Source of the DNA: the human T2T-CHM13v2.0 reference genome, Homo sapiens
Length of the DNA: 64,000 nucleotides
NCBI RefSeq assembly: GCF_009914755.1
Contig: NC_060938.1
Reading direction: 5' to 3' (one strand)
Below are positions 45,041 to 57,090 of the stretch, in pieces; the stretch's first letter is position 1, and every line of letters starts with the position of its first letter. The position numbers were made by a program, and so were the translations under genes. The notes beneath the pieces were generated by a model. The model saw nothing but the letters and a program-made list of their open reading frames with translations, was not told where the DNA came from and did no database searches.

Positions 45041-48000
45041 ACATTCCCACAGCAGGCATGTACTGAGTGCTCATGGCATGGTGTGGGCACCTGGGCTGTT
45101 CAAGTGCACAAGGAGGAAGCTTCCCATTTCCAAGGCAGCTGGGTGCGGGAGAAAGGGGGAAGAATGAACCCAGGATCAGAGAGATGGGGCATCCTTCAAG
45201 ACAGTGGGATGGGCATTGGCCCAGAGGAATCAACCCCAAAGGTGTATCAAGGCCCTGCAGACCGGAGCTCCTGTCTGTTCCCTGTGCAGAGGAAAGCCGG
45301 GCAACCACCTGCCTCCCTCCACGTCAGAGGGAAATGTCTTCATTAAATATTGATTGGTTTGCACAAGCCTTGGGTTGTCTGGAGGGAAGGATAGAGAGAC
45401 TTTTGCGTGTAAATTACATTTTTTTTCAGCCCTTCTTTAATCCTTTCCTGCCTAGGCACCTTGACACCTGTTTTGATTCCCCACAACACCAGCAGGAGGT
45501 CCCTGTGGGCTCAGGGCAGCCCCCGGGACTTGGGACTGGAAGCATCCAGCATCTCTTCTCTGCCATGGCCTTGAAGGTCTTCCAGGTCCGCTCTGCCTCT
45601 CTCCACACTGGGCACTGCCTGCTCCCTCTTCTGCTGGATTGGAGATGCAAGGATGCCAGCACCCCCATCCCCTGGCCCAGGCCAGGGCAGTTGATCTCTG
45701 CAGACACAGACTCTAACCACTCCTCAGCCAGGCCTTGGCACCAAGTCTTCTAGGAAAGAGCTCACCTCTGGGACCACCAAGAGCTTCCATCTTGACTTTT
45801 AAATGTTATAATCCTGCCTTGCTGAGCAAGCTAAGACCCACAGAGGCACCTTCCAATTGGGTTCCAGCACTTGGGATCTGTGTCCTGGGGGACGGTGGGC
45901 TGGGGGGAGGGGAGAACAGCTGGCACCACGAGCCTAGGTTTCCACATTTGTAAATGGCAGGATTATTGTAGCTTCCCTTAAAATTGTGACCAGGATGAAA
46001 TAAAGCCATGTGTGGCTAGCACAGTGCTGGGCAGATGACTGGTCAAGAAGCAGCATTTTCCCGACTGTGTGTGGAGAGAGGGAAGGATAATAAATGAGTG
46101 AGTGAGTGACAGATGAGTGGGTGAGGAGTGGATGAGCACGTGAATAAATGAACGAATGAACGAACGGCCCAGTGGTCCTGCATGGCCTTGGCTTTCCTGC
46201 AGAGGCTAATGAGACTCCTTCATTCAGGAGCCCTGGCCTCCAGGAGCAGCTCTGGCTCTCTTTGGCTGTCCCTGGGATGCTGGCTCCGGGTCGCTGCAGG
46301 TCCAGCCTCCTGTCCGGCTCCTGAGCTCCCTCTGTGCTCCTGGTTCTGCAAGTCACTCTGCTCCCTCTTGAAGGTCTGAACCTATCACAGGCCTGTATGT
46401 CCCTGGATGCCCTGCTGTGCTTGGGGCCCCTTCCCTTCCTACCCCTCTGGCCTTTTTGACACCCTCACTGATACCAGGGGGGCTCCCAAAGCTGCTTCCA
46501 GGGATGATGCCTCCTTCTCACTCAGTGACGTGGACCCTCAGTAACCCGGGAAGTAGGCAGTACCTGCCCCGCCACCACTGTGCAGTGCATGGGGGCTCAG
46601 GGCAGTCACAGCTGGGAGGCTTGCTAGCACCTCCCAGCCATCTGTCCATTGTCCATCCACTCCTGCCTCCACTGCCTAAACTCAGCCTGGACTCCCCCTG
46701 TGATTGGATTTGACTGACTTCTGGAGTCCTTTGCAGGACTTTGGTTTGTTTGTTTGTTTGATCTGCAGTATCTAGCTGAGATTGCCTTGGAATGCTACAG
46801 GTTCTGGTCTATTCAACAGGCACAGTGAGATTGGAGTAAAATGAGTTCACACCCACTCTGTCAAGATGTTAATTCTGCAGCTCCCACGGGCAGGTAGTGA
46901 GGGAGGCCCGGGCCCTCTTGTTCCTGCAAGGGACTAACAATAGCCAGACACGCTGACCATCATCCCTCACCTCTGTTCTGTGTCTGTTCTGAGAGCCTTG
47001 GCCTGTTCTCACTTCCTTCCACCTTGTTTCCACCACACCTGCCCCTGTCTACAGCAGAGGCCCTTGCAATCCTGCCAGGGCTCCCAAAGCAAGGCCAGGA
47101 CATGGATCTGAGTAGAATGCTGTATGTGCACACATGTACGTACACATGCGCAGACTCACGTGCCTACATGCACACTCATGCATGTGCTCACACCAACTCT
47201 GGCTGACTGGGTCACCAGATGGTCCTCTCCGGGTCAGTCCAGTTCCCTTCCTTTTGTGGTAAAACTTTGGAGGAAATCTTAAATAAGGTTTTGGGGAGCA
47301 AGAGCTTTGCAACTTCTTATGTGTGAGCTCGGCTGAGCCCTCCCACCCTGGGCTTCATTTTTCCCAGATGAAAAACGGAGGACTTGGACCCAATGACCTC
47401 TTCTATATCTTCCAAGTCAAACTTGCCAGGAGCCTGGGACTGCTGGGTTATCTTGGGCTTCAGCATCAGGTTCTGTGGGTAACAGGTGAGTGATAAGTGT
47501 CACTTCTAAAAGCAGTTCAGATGACACAGTGGGAGGAATAGAACTGTGCAGGATGACCTCTGGGAGCAGGACTTAGAAGGCTGTAAGTGACAAAAGAGGC
47601 CATTCCCTCTGTGCTCCCTCAAACCTACCACCCGCCCACCTATCCATCCATTCTTTCATTCACTCATTCAGGTGCCAGGCACCAGGCATGAAGGAGGTGA
47701 GGAACACACAGACTTGCCTTCGGGAGCCAACCCCAGAATATGGCAGCTCCGCTTTTGGCTATTAAGCTTTCTGTTAATAGTCCTAAGAAACTCTAAATAA
47801 ACAACACAAGCCTCCATTTCCCAATTTCTTAGCTTTAGACAGAAAAAAATATCACTCCTCACTATGGAAGTTGAAAAAGATGAATACCCCCAGCATCCAC
47901 TGACCGCTCAGCTCCTGAGGCCCATGAGCGGTCCTTCTGCTCTACACGGACAAGGTTTACGGTGTCCAGTTCTGTTTCGTAGTTACAATGAAGTCTTTCA

Positions 48001-50901
48001 TGCTTTGTCTCTTTGCTGAGTTTTAAAATGGAAAACAAATAAATAGCATTCCACTAAAATGCAAATATTATACAGGGCAGACTTCTGCTTCTGCTTCTGG
48101 CCATGCTAGAGTAGCAGAGACTGGATTTACCCTCCCATTTGAAACAACTAAGACACCAAGTAAAATGTATAAAATAATGATGTTGATATGTTGAAAATCA
48201 GGCAGTGCAGGAGAGTGACTCCTGAGAGAGGAAGTGAAAGAGATGATGCCTGTGATGGTCAGCTTATTGCCTGGAGAGTATTTAGGGCTCAGCCCAGAGC
48301 CAGTGGTTACCTGAGTTGAGGAAGCAGAGTTGAGTGTTCAGAGCGTAAGGCATCTAGAATCCTGGAGCAGAGGATCTGGGTGGAGAAAATGCATAGAAAG
48401 GAGAGAGCTGCACAGAGAAAGAGCTCCAGATTCTGCACCAATTTCCCTGACAGCCTTCCTGGTCAGTACATGTATATGTAGAAGGCATCAAGACCAGGGA
48501 AAGACCCACCAGAAAGGAACAGGGAGGAAAATCTCTGCAGTTGACACAGGGCTAGGAGTAGCTCACGTTTCCACCAGCCAGAATGGCAAAATCTCATAGT
48601 ACACAAAACACGGTTAGAGTACTTGGCAGGGCATGTCTCAGATGGGGCATAATTAGCTCTCCTCTAAAGGCTGCTGTGGTCCCAACTATCAAAACTGACG
48701 TACAAGCCTCAAAAAAGAATAGTCAAAATAGTAAAACTAACAGTGCCCCATAACAAAGTCCAAGCATGTTTACAGGAGTAAAAAAAATACCCAGCAACCA
48801 ACAACATAAAAATCACAATGTCTGGCATCCTGTCAAGGTCACCAGACATGCATACAAAGAAACAGGAAAATACCAGTCAAATGAGAAGAAAAAATCCATC
48901 CATAGAAACAGACTGAGAAACAACACGTGATCAAATTAGTAGAGAAAGAAATTAAAACAACTATTTTAAGTATGTTCCATGTGTTAAAGAAGATAGAGGA
49001 AGGCATGAGCAGGTTAAGGAGAAACATGGAGGATGTAAAAAAAGATTGATACAAAACTTCAGCTGATGAGAATGGCAATTCTTGTGATGGGAAAAGCACT
49101 GAGTGGGATTAACAGGATATTTGACACTGGCAGAAAAGATCTGTGAACTTAAAAACATAGCAAGAGAAACTTTCCACAATAAAACACAGACAGAAAAAGT
49201 GACCTGCAGGAGAACCACAAATGGATTAATGTATGTATAATTGGAGTCCTGAAGGAGAAGTAGGGGATGTAAAATATTTGGAAAAGTAATGGCTGAAATT
49301 TTTTCAAGATGCTAAATAAACCCCAGGTAGAGGTAAACCATGAAGAAAAGCCAACAAGGCACACCACAATCAAGTTATTCAAAACCAGTAATCAAGGGAA
49401 AACCTTAAAAGCAAAGAAAAAAAGACATATACACAGAACAACTGTAAGAATGATACCAATTTCTTATCAGAAACAATGAAATCCAGAAGATAGTGGAGAA
49501 ACACCTTTAAAATACAAAGGGGAAAAGCAAATTGTCACTCTAGAATTCTATACCCAGAAAAAAAAAACTTAAAAACCACAGCAAGATGAAGACTTTTTGA
49601 GACATAAGAGAGGTAAGAGAATTCATTGCTGTCAGACCTGACTTATAAGAAATGTTAAATAAAGTCCTTTATGCAGAAGAAAAATAATAGCAAATGGAAA
49701 TCTAGATTTGTTCAAATGAATGAAGAGCACTAGGAGCGGTAAACTTGTGGGTTTAATCATGAATGCACATAAAATATAGTCAAGTTCTTTAACACATAAA
49801 TAATTGACTAAAGGAAATGTGATAACAACATTGTGGGGCTTATCACATGTATAGAAAGAAAATGTATAATTCAAGAACACAGACCCTGGGACAAGGGAAC
49901 TAGATTATTACTGTTATAGGAATTTTATGCTACACATGAAGTGGTGTAATATTACTTATAGGTAGAACATAAGCTAAAGATGTATCCTATAAAACCTAAA
50001 GCACCCACACACAAAAATGATGTATAGCCAATGAGCCCACAAAGAAGATAAAACTAAATCATAATAAATACTCAGTTAATCCAAAAGAAGTTGGAAAAAG
50101 AGGAAAGAAAAAAAAGCAGATGAGGGAAAAAAAGCAAGTAGAAAACAACAAAGTGGAAGATTTAAACCCATCACATCGATAATCACATTAAAACTAAATA
50201 CTATACTTGAAAGGCAAAGATTGTCTTATTGGGACAAAAAGGCAAAAGCAACTATATGCTAACTACCAGAAACCCACTTTAACTGTAAAACTATAAACAG
50301 ATTAAGTGTAAAAGGCTAGGAAAAAATGCACCATGCTAATACTGATCAAAAGAAAGCTGGAATGACTATATTAATCACAATATAAGTAAATTTCCTGGCA
50401 AATAATATCAGTGATAGGTAATTTCATAACAGAGGGTCAATGTATCAAGAGGGCATAATAATCCTAAATTGTATCCACATAATAACATATATTCAAAATA
50501 CATGGAGCAAAAACTGATCACCCTGCAAGTAGAAATAAATAAATTGAGAATTAGAGGTGTCAACTCCCTATTCTCAGTAATTATTAGAAAAATGTAGATA
50601 GAAAATGGGCAAAAAAAAAGGAGGCTTGAACAACACCATCAATCACCTTGACCTAACAGACATTTATAGAGTCCTCCACCCAATAACAGCAGAATACACA
50701 ATCTTTTCAAGGACACACAGAACATTTACCAAGATTGACCATATTCTAGGCCATAAAACAAGTCTCAACAAATGGACTAGATTCATATCAAATTCTCAGC
50801 CAAAATGGAATTAAATTAGAAATCAACAACAGAAAGATATCTAGAAATTCAAAATATTTGGCAACTGAACAGCACACACCTCTAAATAACCCATGACTTG
50901 A

Positions 50902-52338
50902 TGTGTTAGTCCTTTCTCACGCTGCTATGAAGAAATACCCGTGACTGGGTAATTTATAAAGAGAAGAGGTTTAATTGACTCACAGTTTTGTACGGTTGGG
51001 GAGGCCTCAGGAAACTTACAGTCACGGTGGAAGACACCTCTTCACAGGGCGGCAGGAGAGAGAATGAGTGTCAGCAGGAGAAATGCCAGATCCTTGTAAA
51101 ACCATCAGATTGCGGAAACTTCCGAGCTCTACTCTGCGTCTGCAGCCGCCGCCGTCCTGCAGAGGAGCGCGCAACCCAGGCGAGGCCGGAGGACGTGTCC
51201 ATAGAATGCCCAGGGGTGACGAGCTGTCCTGAGCCCCTCTGCTGCAGCCACCTGCCTGTCCCATACACCCTGCCCACCACGGAGTCCAGAGGGAAATCGG
51301 CCAGCAGCCCCAAGCCCGACACCAAGGTGACCCAGGCCACCACCGAGGCCAAGGTACCCCCGGCAGCCGATGGGAAATCCCCCTTGACCGAGCCCTGGAA
51401 GAAGGAAGCCCCGGCAGAGAAGCAGCAGCCACTGGCAGCCCCCACCATGGCGCCTGCCAAGAAGACCCCGGCCAAGGCAAACCCCGTCCTTCTCAACAAC
51501 CACGGCAACCTGAAGCCAGCCCCCACAGCCCCCATGGTGCCCAGCAGTCCTGATGCAACCCCGGAGCCCAAGGGTCCTGGGGACGGGGCAGAGGAGGACG
51601 AGGCTGCCAGCGGGGGCCTAGGGGTCGAGGTCCCTGTTCCTGCGAGAACTTGAACCCCCTGCTGGTGGCTGGAGATGTGGCTGTGGCAGCCATAGCCCTG
51701 ATTCTCGGTGGGGCCTTCCTGGCCCAGAAAAAATAATACCTTCGGGCCAGGCGGGGGTCACAGAGCCACTTCCTGTGCAGATCTCAGGAAGCCAGCGCAT
51801 GCAGAATTCACCCTTATCTACGTGTACACACGCACATTCATTACACATCTACATATGCCCCCAACACACGCACACAGTGGAGAAGATGCTCGAGCCCACC
51901 CTTGCTGATCCAGGACTTCCCCAACCTCCAGGGCAGAAGGAACCTAGGCTCCGGGGCCCACAGCGCCGGACTGGGGGAGAGGGTCTAGCTGGGGGACTGC
52001 AAGAAAGGAATGGACCCTGTGTGTGGCCCTCCAACGGCTGGGTGATCCTGGGCCCCCAGGGCTGGTCTCTGAGTGTAGGTGGGGGTGCTGGGATGGGTTC
52101 TGCCTGGGCCCAGCCCTCTTGGGGAGATTAAAGGGCGGACATTAATTGTTGAAAAAATAAAACACACCAAAAAAACGTCAGATTGCATGAGACTCACTTA
52201 TTATCAAAAGAACACCATGGGGGGAACCACCCCCATAATTAAATTACCTCCACCTGGTCCCACCCTTGACACCTGGAGACTATGGAAACTGCAATTCAAG
52301 GCGAGATTTGGGTGGGGACACAGAGCCAAACCATATCT
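50902..52338 (-). mobile_element. THE1 (C/D-like) solo LTR split by the CEND1 retrocopy
   Basis: Left end tgtgttagtcc and right end gagatttgggtggggacacagagccaaaccatatc. The halves rejoin at the duplicated aaaaccatcagattgc. Flanks are cttga / ctcaa. Confidence 0.9.
51113..52170 (+). pseudogene. CEND1P1: Processed pseudogene of CEND1 (BM88)
   Basis: Translates [16 protein letters not shown]...EAPAEKQQ...[12 protein letters not shown]...[19 protein letters not shown]. After a 1-nt deletion near 51621 it reads [37 protein letters not shown] (stop 51734-51736), matching recalled CEND1. The start codon is ACG (51279). AATAAA lies at 52156-52161 with an A-tail remnant. TSD 51098-51113 / 52171-52186 (14/16). 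The P1 label is from memory. Confidence 0.95.
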
Positions 52339-55300
52339 CTCAAATAAGAAATCAAAAGAGAAATTGGAAAGTTCTTTGAGCTGAAAATGAAAACACAACA
52401 TACCAAAATCAGGGAGATGCAGCTAATGTATGCTTGGAGGCAAATTTAAGCACTAAGAACCTATGTTATAACAAAAAAGAAAGGTCTCAAATCAGTGACT
52501 TACATTTTCACTTAAGAAACTGAAAAGAGAAGAGCAGATTAGACACAATGTAAGCTGAAAAAGAAAATAATAAAAAGAACGGAAATCAATGAAAGAGAAA
52601 AGTAAAAATTATAAGAAAAATCCAAGAAAGTAAAAGCTAATCATTTTAAACAATCAATTAAATTGTTAAACTTCTAGTCAGTTGATAAAGAAAAAGGTAA
52701 AAAGGCACAAATTACCAATATCAGGAATGAAAGGGTGGGTGTCACCAAATATTCTGCAGTCATTATAAGGAAACAATGGACTATTGTGAGCCACTTTTTT
52801 CTAATAAATTTGATAACTTAGATGAAATAAGCTAATTCCTTAGAAGCCATAAATTATCAAAGTTCACTCAAGAAGAAATAGATAACATGAATATCTATTA
52901 ACTAAATCAAGTTTTTAATTAAAATCCCAATGACAAAGCAAACTATAGGCCCAGGTGGTTTTCATGGTGAAGTCTAACAATATTTGAGGAAAAAATAACA
53001 ATTCTACACAAATCCTTCCAGACAATAGAAAATGAAGAGGTACTTTTTTTATTCGATGAAGAGAATGTTACTTTCCTACTAAATCAAACAGATATAAGAA
53101 ACGACAACAGAGACCAATATCCCTCATGAACAATGATGAAAATATTCTTACCAAAATTTTAGCAAATCTAGTTTATCTAAATCATGACAAAGTGTAGTTT
53201 ACCTCAGGAAGACAAAGTTGATTTAACATTCAAAAATCAATAAATGAACTTTATCATATTAGCGGACTAAAAAGAAAAATGCGCATGATCATCTCAATAG
53301 AAAAAGCACTTAATAAAACCCAACATTGAGTCATGATTAAAAACCCTCAGAAAACCACGGATAAAAATGAAAAGTCCTCATAGAATAAAGGCCGTCTACA
53401 CAAACAGCAACAACAACAACAAAAATCTATATCTTCCTAAAATTGAGAACAAGGTAAAGATATCTACTCTCACCACTTTTATTAAACATTGTACTGGAGG
53501 TTCTATCTCATGAAATAAGGCAAGGAAAATAAATAAATCATCTAGATTGGAAAGAGTAACACTTTCCTTATCATCTGTGTAGATCAGCCCATGGAATCCA
53601 TGAAATAAAAGCCACTAGAACTAGTAAGTGAGTTAGCAAAGTGGCAGAGTTCTAGATTAATATACATAAACTAATGGTATTTTTACATATAACAATCAGA
53701 AATTGAAATTTTAAAAATGTTATCATTTCCAATACCATTAACAAATATAAAATTGTTAGCCATAAACCAATAAAACATGTGTAAGACTTGTACATTTTAA
53801 ACTACAAAACATTGCTGAGAGAAATTAAAGAAGACCTAACTAAATGGAACATGTACCATGTTCATGGATAGGAAGACTTGAAGTTGTTAAGCTATCAATT
53901 CTCCCAAGTTGAGTTATAGATCAATGGAATCTCAATCAAAATTCCAGAAGGATTTTTAAAATGAAAATCAATTATTGAACTTCACATTTTATATGGAAAA
54001 TAAATGAAGGACCTAGAAAATAACTTTGCAAAAGAAGAACAAAGTTGGAGGACTTATTTATCTGATTTGAAGGCTAAATATAAAGCTATATTAAAACAAT
54101 ATAGACAAATAGATCAATGAAACACATAGAGTTTCCAGAAATAGGCTCACATATATATGGCCAATGGATTTTTGACAAAAGTACAAAGACAATTCGATGG
54201 AGAAAGTATAGTCTTTTCAACAAATGATGCTGAATCCCCAAAAAAGTGAACTTTGATTCATACCTCACAGCATATACAAACTTTAATTCAAATGAATCAT
54301 AGACCTTAAACTATAAAATTTTTAAAAGAGAGCAGAAATCTTTGTGACTTCGGATACAACATCAAAAGCATAATTCACAAAAGAACAAATTGATAATATG
54401 CATTTCATCAAAATTAAAAACTTCCACTCTTCAAAATACACTGCTAAGAGAATGAAAAGACATAGATCAAGAGAATGTATTTTTAAATCACATATCTGTA
54501 AAGGACTTCTATGCAGAATGTATAAAACTCTCAAACCTCAATAATAAAATTCAAACATCCAATAAAAAGGGGAACAAAAGATTTGAAAAGACACTTCACC
54601 AACAGAAATATTGATGGCAAGTAAGATCATGAAAAGATGCTTCATATCATTATTCAATAAAGAGATGCAAATTGAAACCACAAGGTGACACCACTACACA
54701 CCTGCCAGAATGTGTAAAATTAAACAGACTGGCAAACCAAGTGATGGCAAGGATGTAGAGAAATTAGAAACCTCCTACACTGCTGGTGGGAAGGTAAAAA
54801 TGGCACAACCACTTTGGAAAACAGTTTGGCAGTTTACTAAACAGCTAAATACACCTGCCATATGATCCAGCCATTCTACTCATAGAGAAATAAAAGCATA
54901 TGTCTATATAAAGGTTTGTATGCAAATGTTTATAACAGCTTTATTTGTAATAACCAAAAGCTGGAACCAATCCAAATGTTCATCAACTCGTGAATGCGTT
55001 AACAAATTGCGTGTATTCATAAAATTGAAGACTCTTCAGCCATAGAAAGAAATGGGTTGTTGATACTGCCAAAAACATGGATGAATCTTAAAATAATTTT
55101 GCTGAAGGAAAGAAGCCAGACCCCACAAAAGTATGAGGACATACACTATGCTTCCAGGTACATAAAATTATAGAAAATGCAAACTAACCTATGATAACTG
55201 AAAGTAGGTCAGTGGTTGCCTGGGGACAGGCTGAGGGTGGAGAATTGCAGGGAAGGATTACAAAGGGCACAAGGAGAGACTGGGGTGATGGATATGTTTA

Positions 55301-55962
55301 TTATCTTAACTGTAGTGATGGTTTCACAAGCATAAACATACATCAAATGCATCAAATTTTGCACTTTCAATATGTGCGGTTTATTGTATGTCAATCATCC
55401 CTCATAACACTGTTTTAAAAAGAAATATTAAAATTAAATTGTAAATTATCAAAGAAAAAGATAACCACTGAAAGCACTTTTTAAAAACGTATAACTATAA
55501 AGACACTCGGATTAGACTGAGAGCAAACTTCACGATTGCAACAATCACGACCACACACAATGGAACAATATATTCTAAGTGTTAATGAAAATAATCATCA
55601 ATATGGAATCTATATCCTGCTGAACAGTGTTCAAGAGATAGTATAAAATGACTGCATTTAAAAATTACTTATTTTTAAAAATTCACACATAATACTGTAT
55701 GTATTTATGGGGTATGTAGTGATGTTTCTGTACATACAATGTATAGTCATCAGATCAGGGTAATTAGTGTATCTGTCATCTAAAATACTGATCGTTTTTT
55801 GTGTTGGGAACATTCAACACCCTCTCTTTTAGCTATTTGAAAATATATATTGCTGACTATAGTCATCCCACAGTATATAAAATATTAGAACTTATTCCTC
55901 CTGTCAATTTTGTGTCCTTTAACAAATTTCCCTATATCTCCCTTCCCTTTCCAGTCTCCAAT

Positions 55963-56106
55963 AATTGAACCTAGGAAGATGGAATAAGATACATGAAGCT
56001 TGGATGAGCAAAGAAAATGCAAGATAATACAGGCAAATCTAAAAGAGCACTGAGTGTGTAAAATAATAATACTGACAACTACTAATGTAGGTAAAAAATA
56101 TTACTG
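55963..56106 (+). repeat. 144-bp direct copy of 57188-57331
   Basis: Manual alignment gives 8 mismatches in 144 bp with no indels, offset 1225 bp. Confidence 0.92.
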
Positions 56107-56257
56107 TTTATGAGATCAACTTTTTAGCTTCTACGTATGAGTGAGAACATGTTTAACTTTCTGTTCCTGGCTCATTTCATTTAACACTATGTCCTCTAGG
56201 CTCATCCATGTTGCCATGGAGGACAAGACTTCATTTTTTACTGCTGAATAGTATTTC

Positions 56258-56262
<5 letters not shown>

Positions 56263-56298
<36 letters not shown>
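56263..56298. repeat. (GT)18 microsatellite
   Basis: Perfect GT run. Confidence 0.97.
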
Positions 56299-56302
<4 letters not shown>

Positions 56303-57090
56303 TCACATTTTCTTTAGCCATTCATCTGTTGATGGACACTTGGGTTGACTCCATAGCTTGGCTATTGTGAATAGTGCTGCAACAAACAGGGAGTGCGGAC
56401 AACTCTTGGATGTACTGATTTCCTTTCCTTTGGCTATTTACCCAGCAGTGGGACTGCTAGATCATATGCTAGTTCTATTTTTGTTTTTTTGAGGAAACTC
56501 TATACTGTTCTGTATCGTGACTGTACCCACCAATAGTGAGTAAGAATTTCCTTTTCTCCAGCTCCACACCAGTTGTTATTTTTTGTATTTTGACAGTAGC
56601 CATTCCAGCTGGGGTGAGATGATACCTCACTGTGGTTTTCATTTGCGTTTATCTGATGATTAGTGATATTGAACTTTTTCCATATATTTGTTAGCCATTT
56701 GCAGGTCCTTTGGAGAACTATCTGTTCAAATCATTTGCCCACTTTAATTGTTTTTTTTCTTCTTTTGCTGTTGAGATGTTTGAATTCTTCGTATATTCTA
56801 GATATGAATCCCTTGTTGGATGAATAGTTGGCAAATATCTCTCACCCTATGCAAAATTAACTCAAAATGGATCAAAGACTTGAATGTAAAACCTGAAGCT
56901 ATAAAAACTACTAGAAGAAAACACAGGGAAAATGCTTTACAACATTGGTCTCAGGAAATATTTTACGAATAAGACCTCAAAGCACAGGCAACAAAAGCAA
57001 AGATAAACAAATGGGATTATATAAAACTAAAAAGCTTCAGCACACCAAAGGAAACAATCAACAGAGTGAAAAGAGAACTGACAGAATGGA

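Larger units (their letters stand above)
48078..55420 (+). mobile_element. Near full-length ancient L1M (L1MD/L1ME-class), interrupted by THE1 and the CEND1 retrocopy
   Basis: gacttctgcttct 5' end, decayed ORF1 and ORF2 (IDHILGHKTSLNK; ccaatatccctcatgaac), and a 3' end aatatgtgcggtttattgtatgtcaat...aaaa. Confidence 0.8.
55660..57090 (-). mobile_element. L1MA/L1PB-class element with 5' inversion (55660-56838 minus, about 56839-57090 plus)
   Basis: Minus-strand L1MA 3'UTR (gatcagggtaattag) and ORF2 end, followed by a plus-strand ORF2 piece that is adjacent in L1 coordinates. Confidence 0.82.

Noticed and set aside
50988-51653. 221-aa LTR-CEND1 fusion protein
   Set aside because: TTG start inside an antisense LTR with no promoter support; chance read-through into the pseudogene frame.
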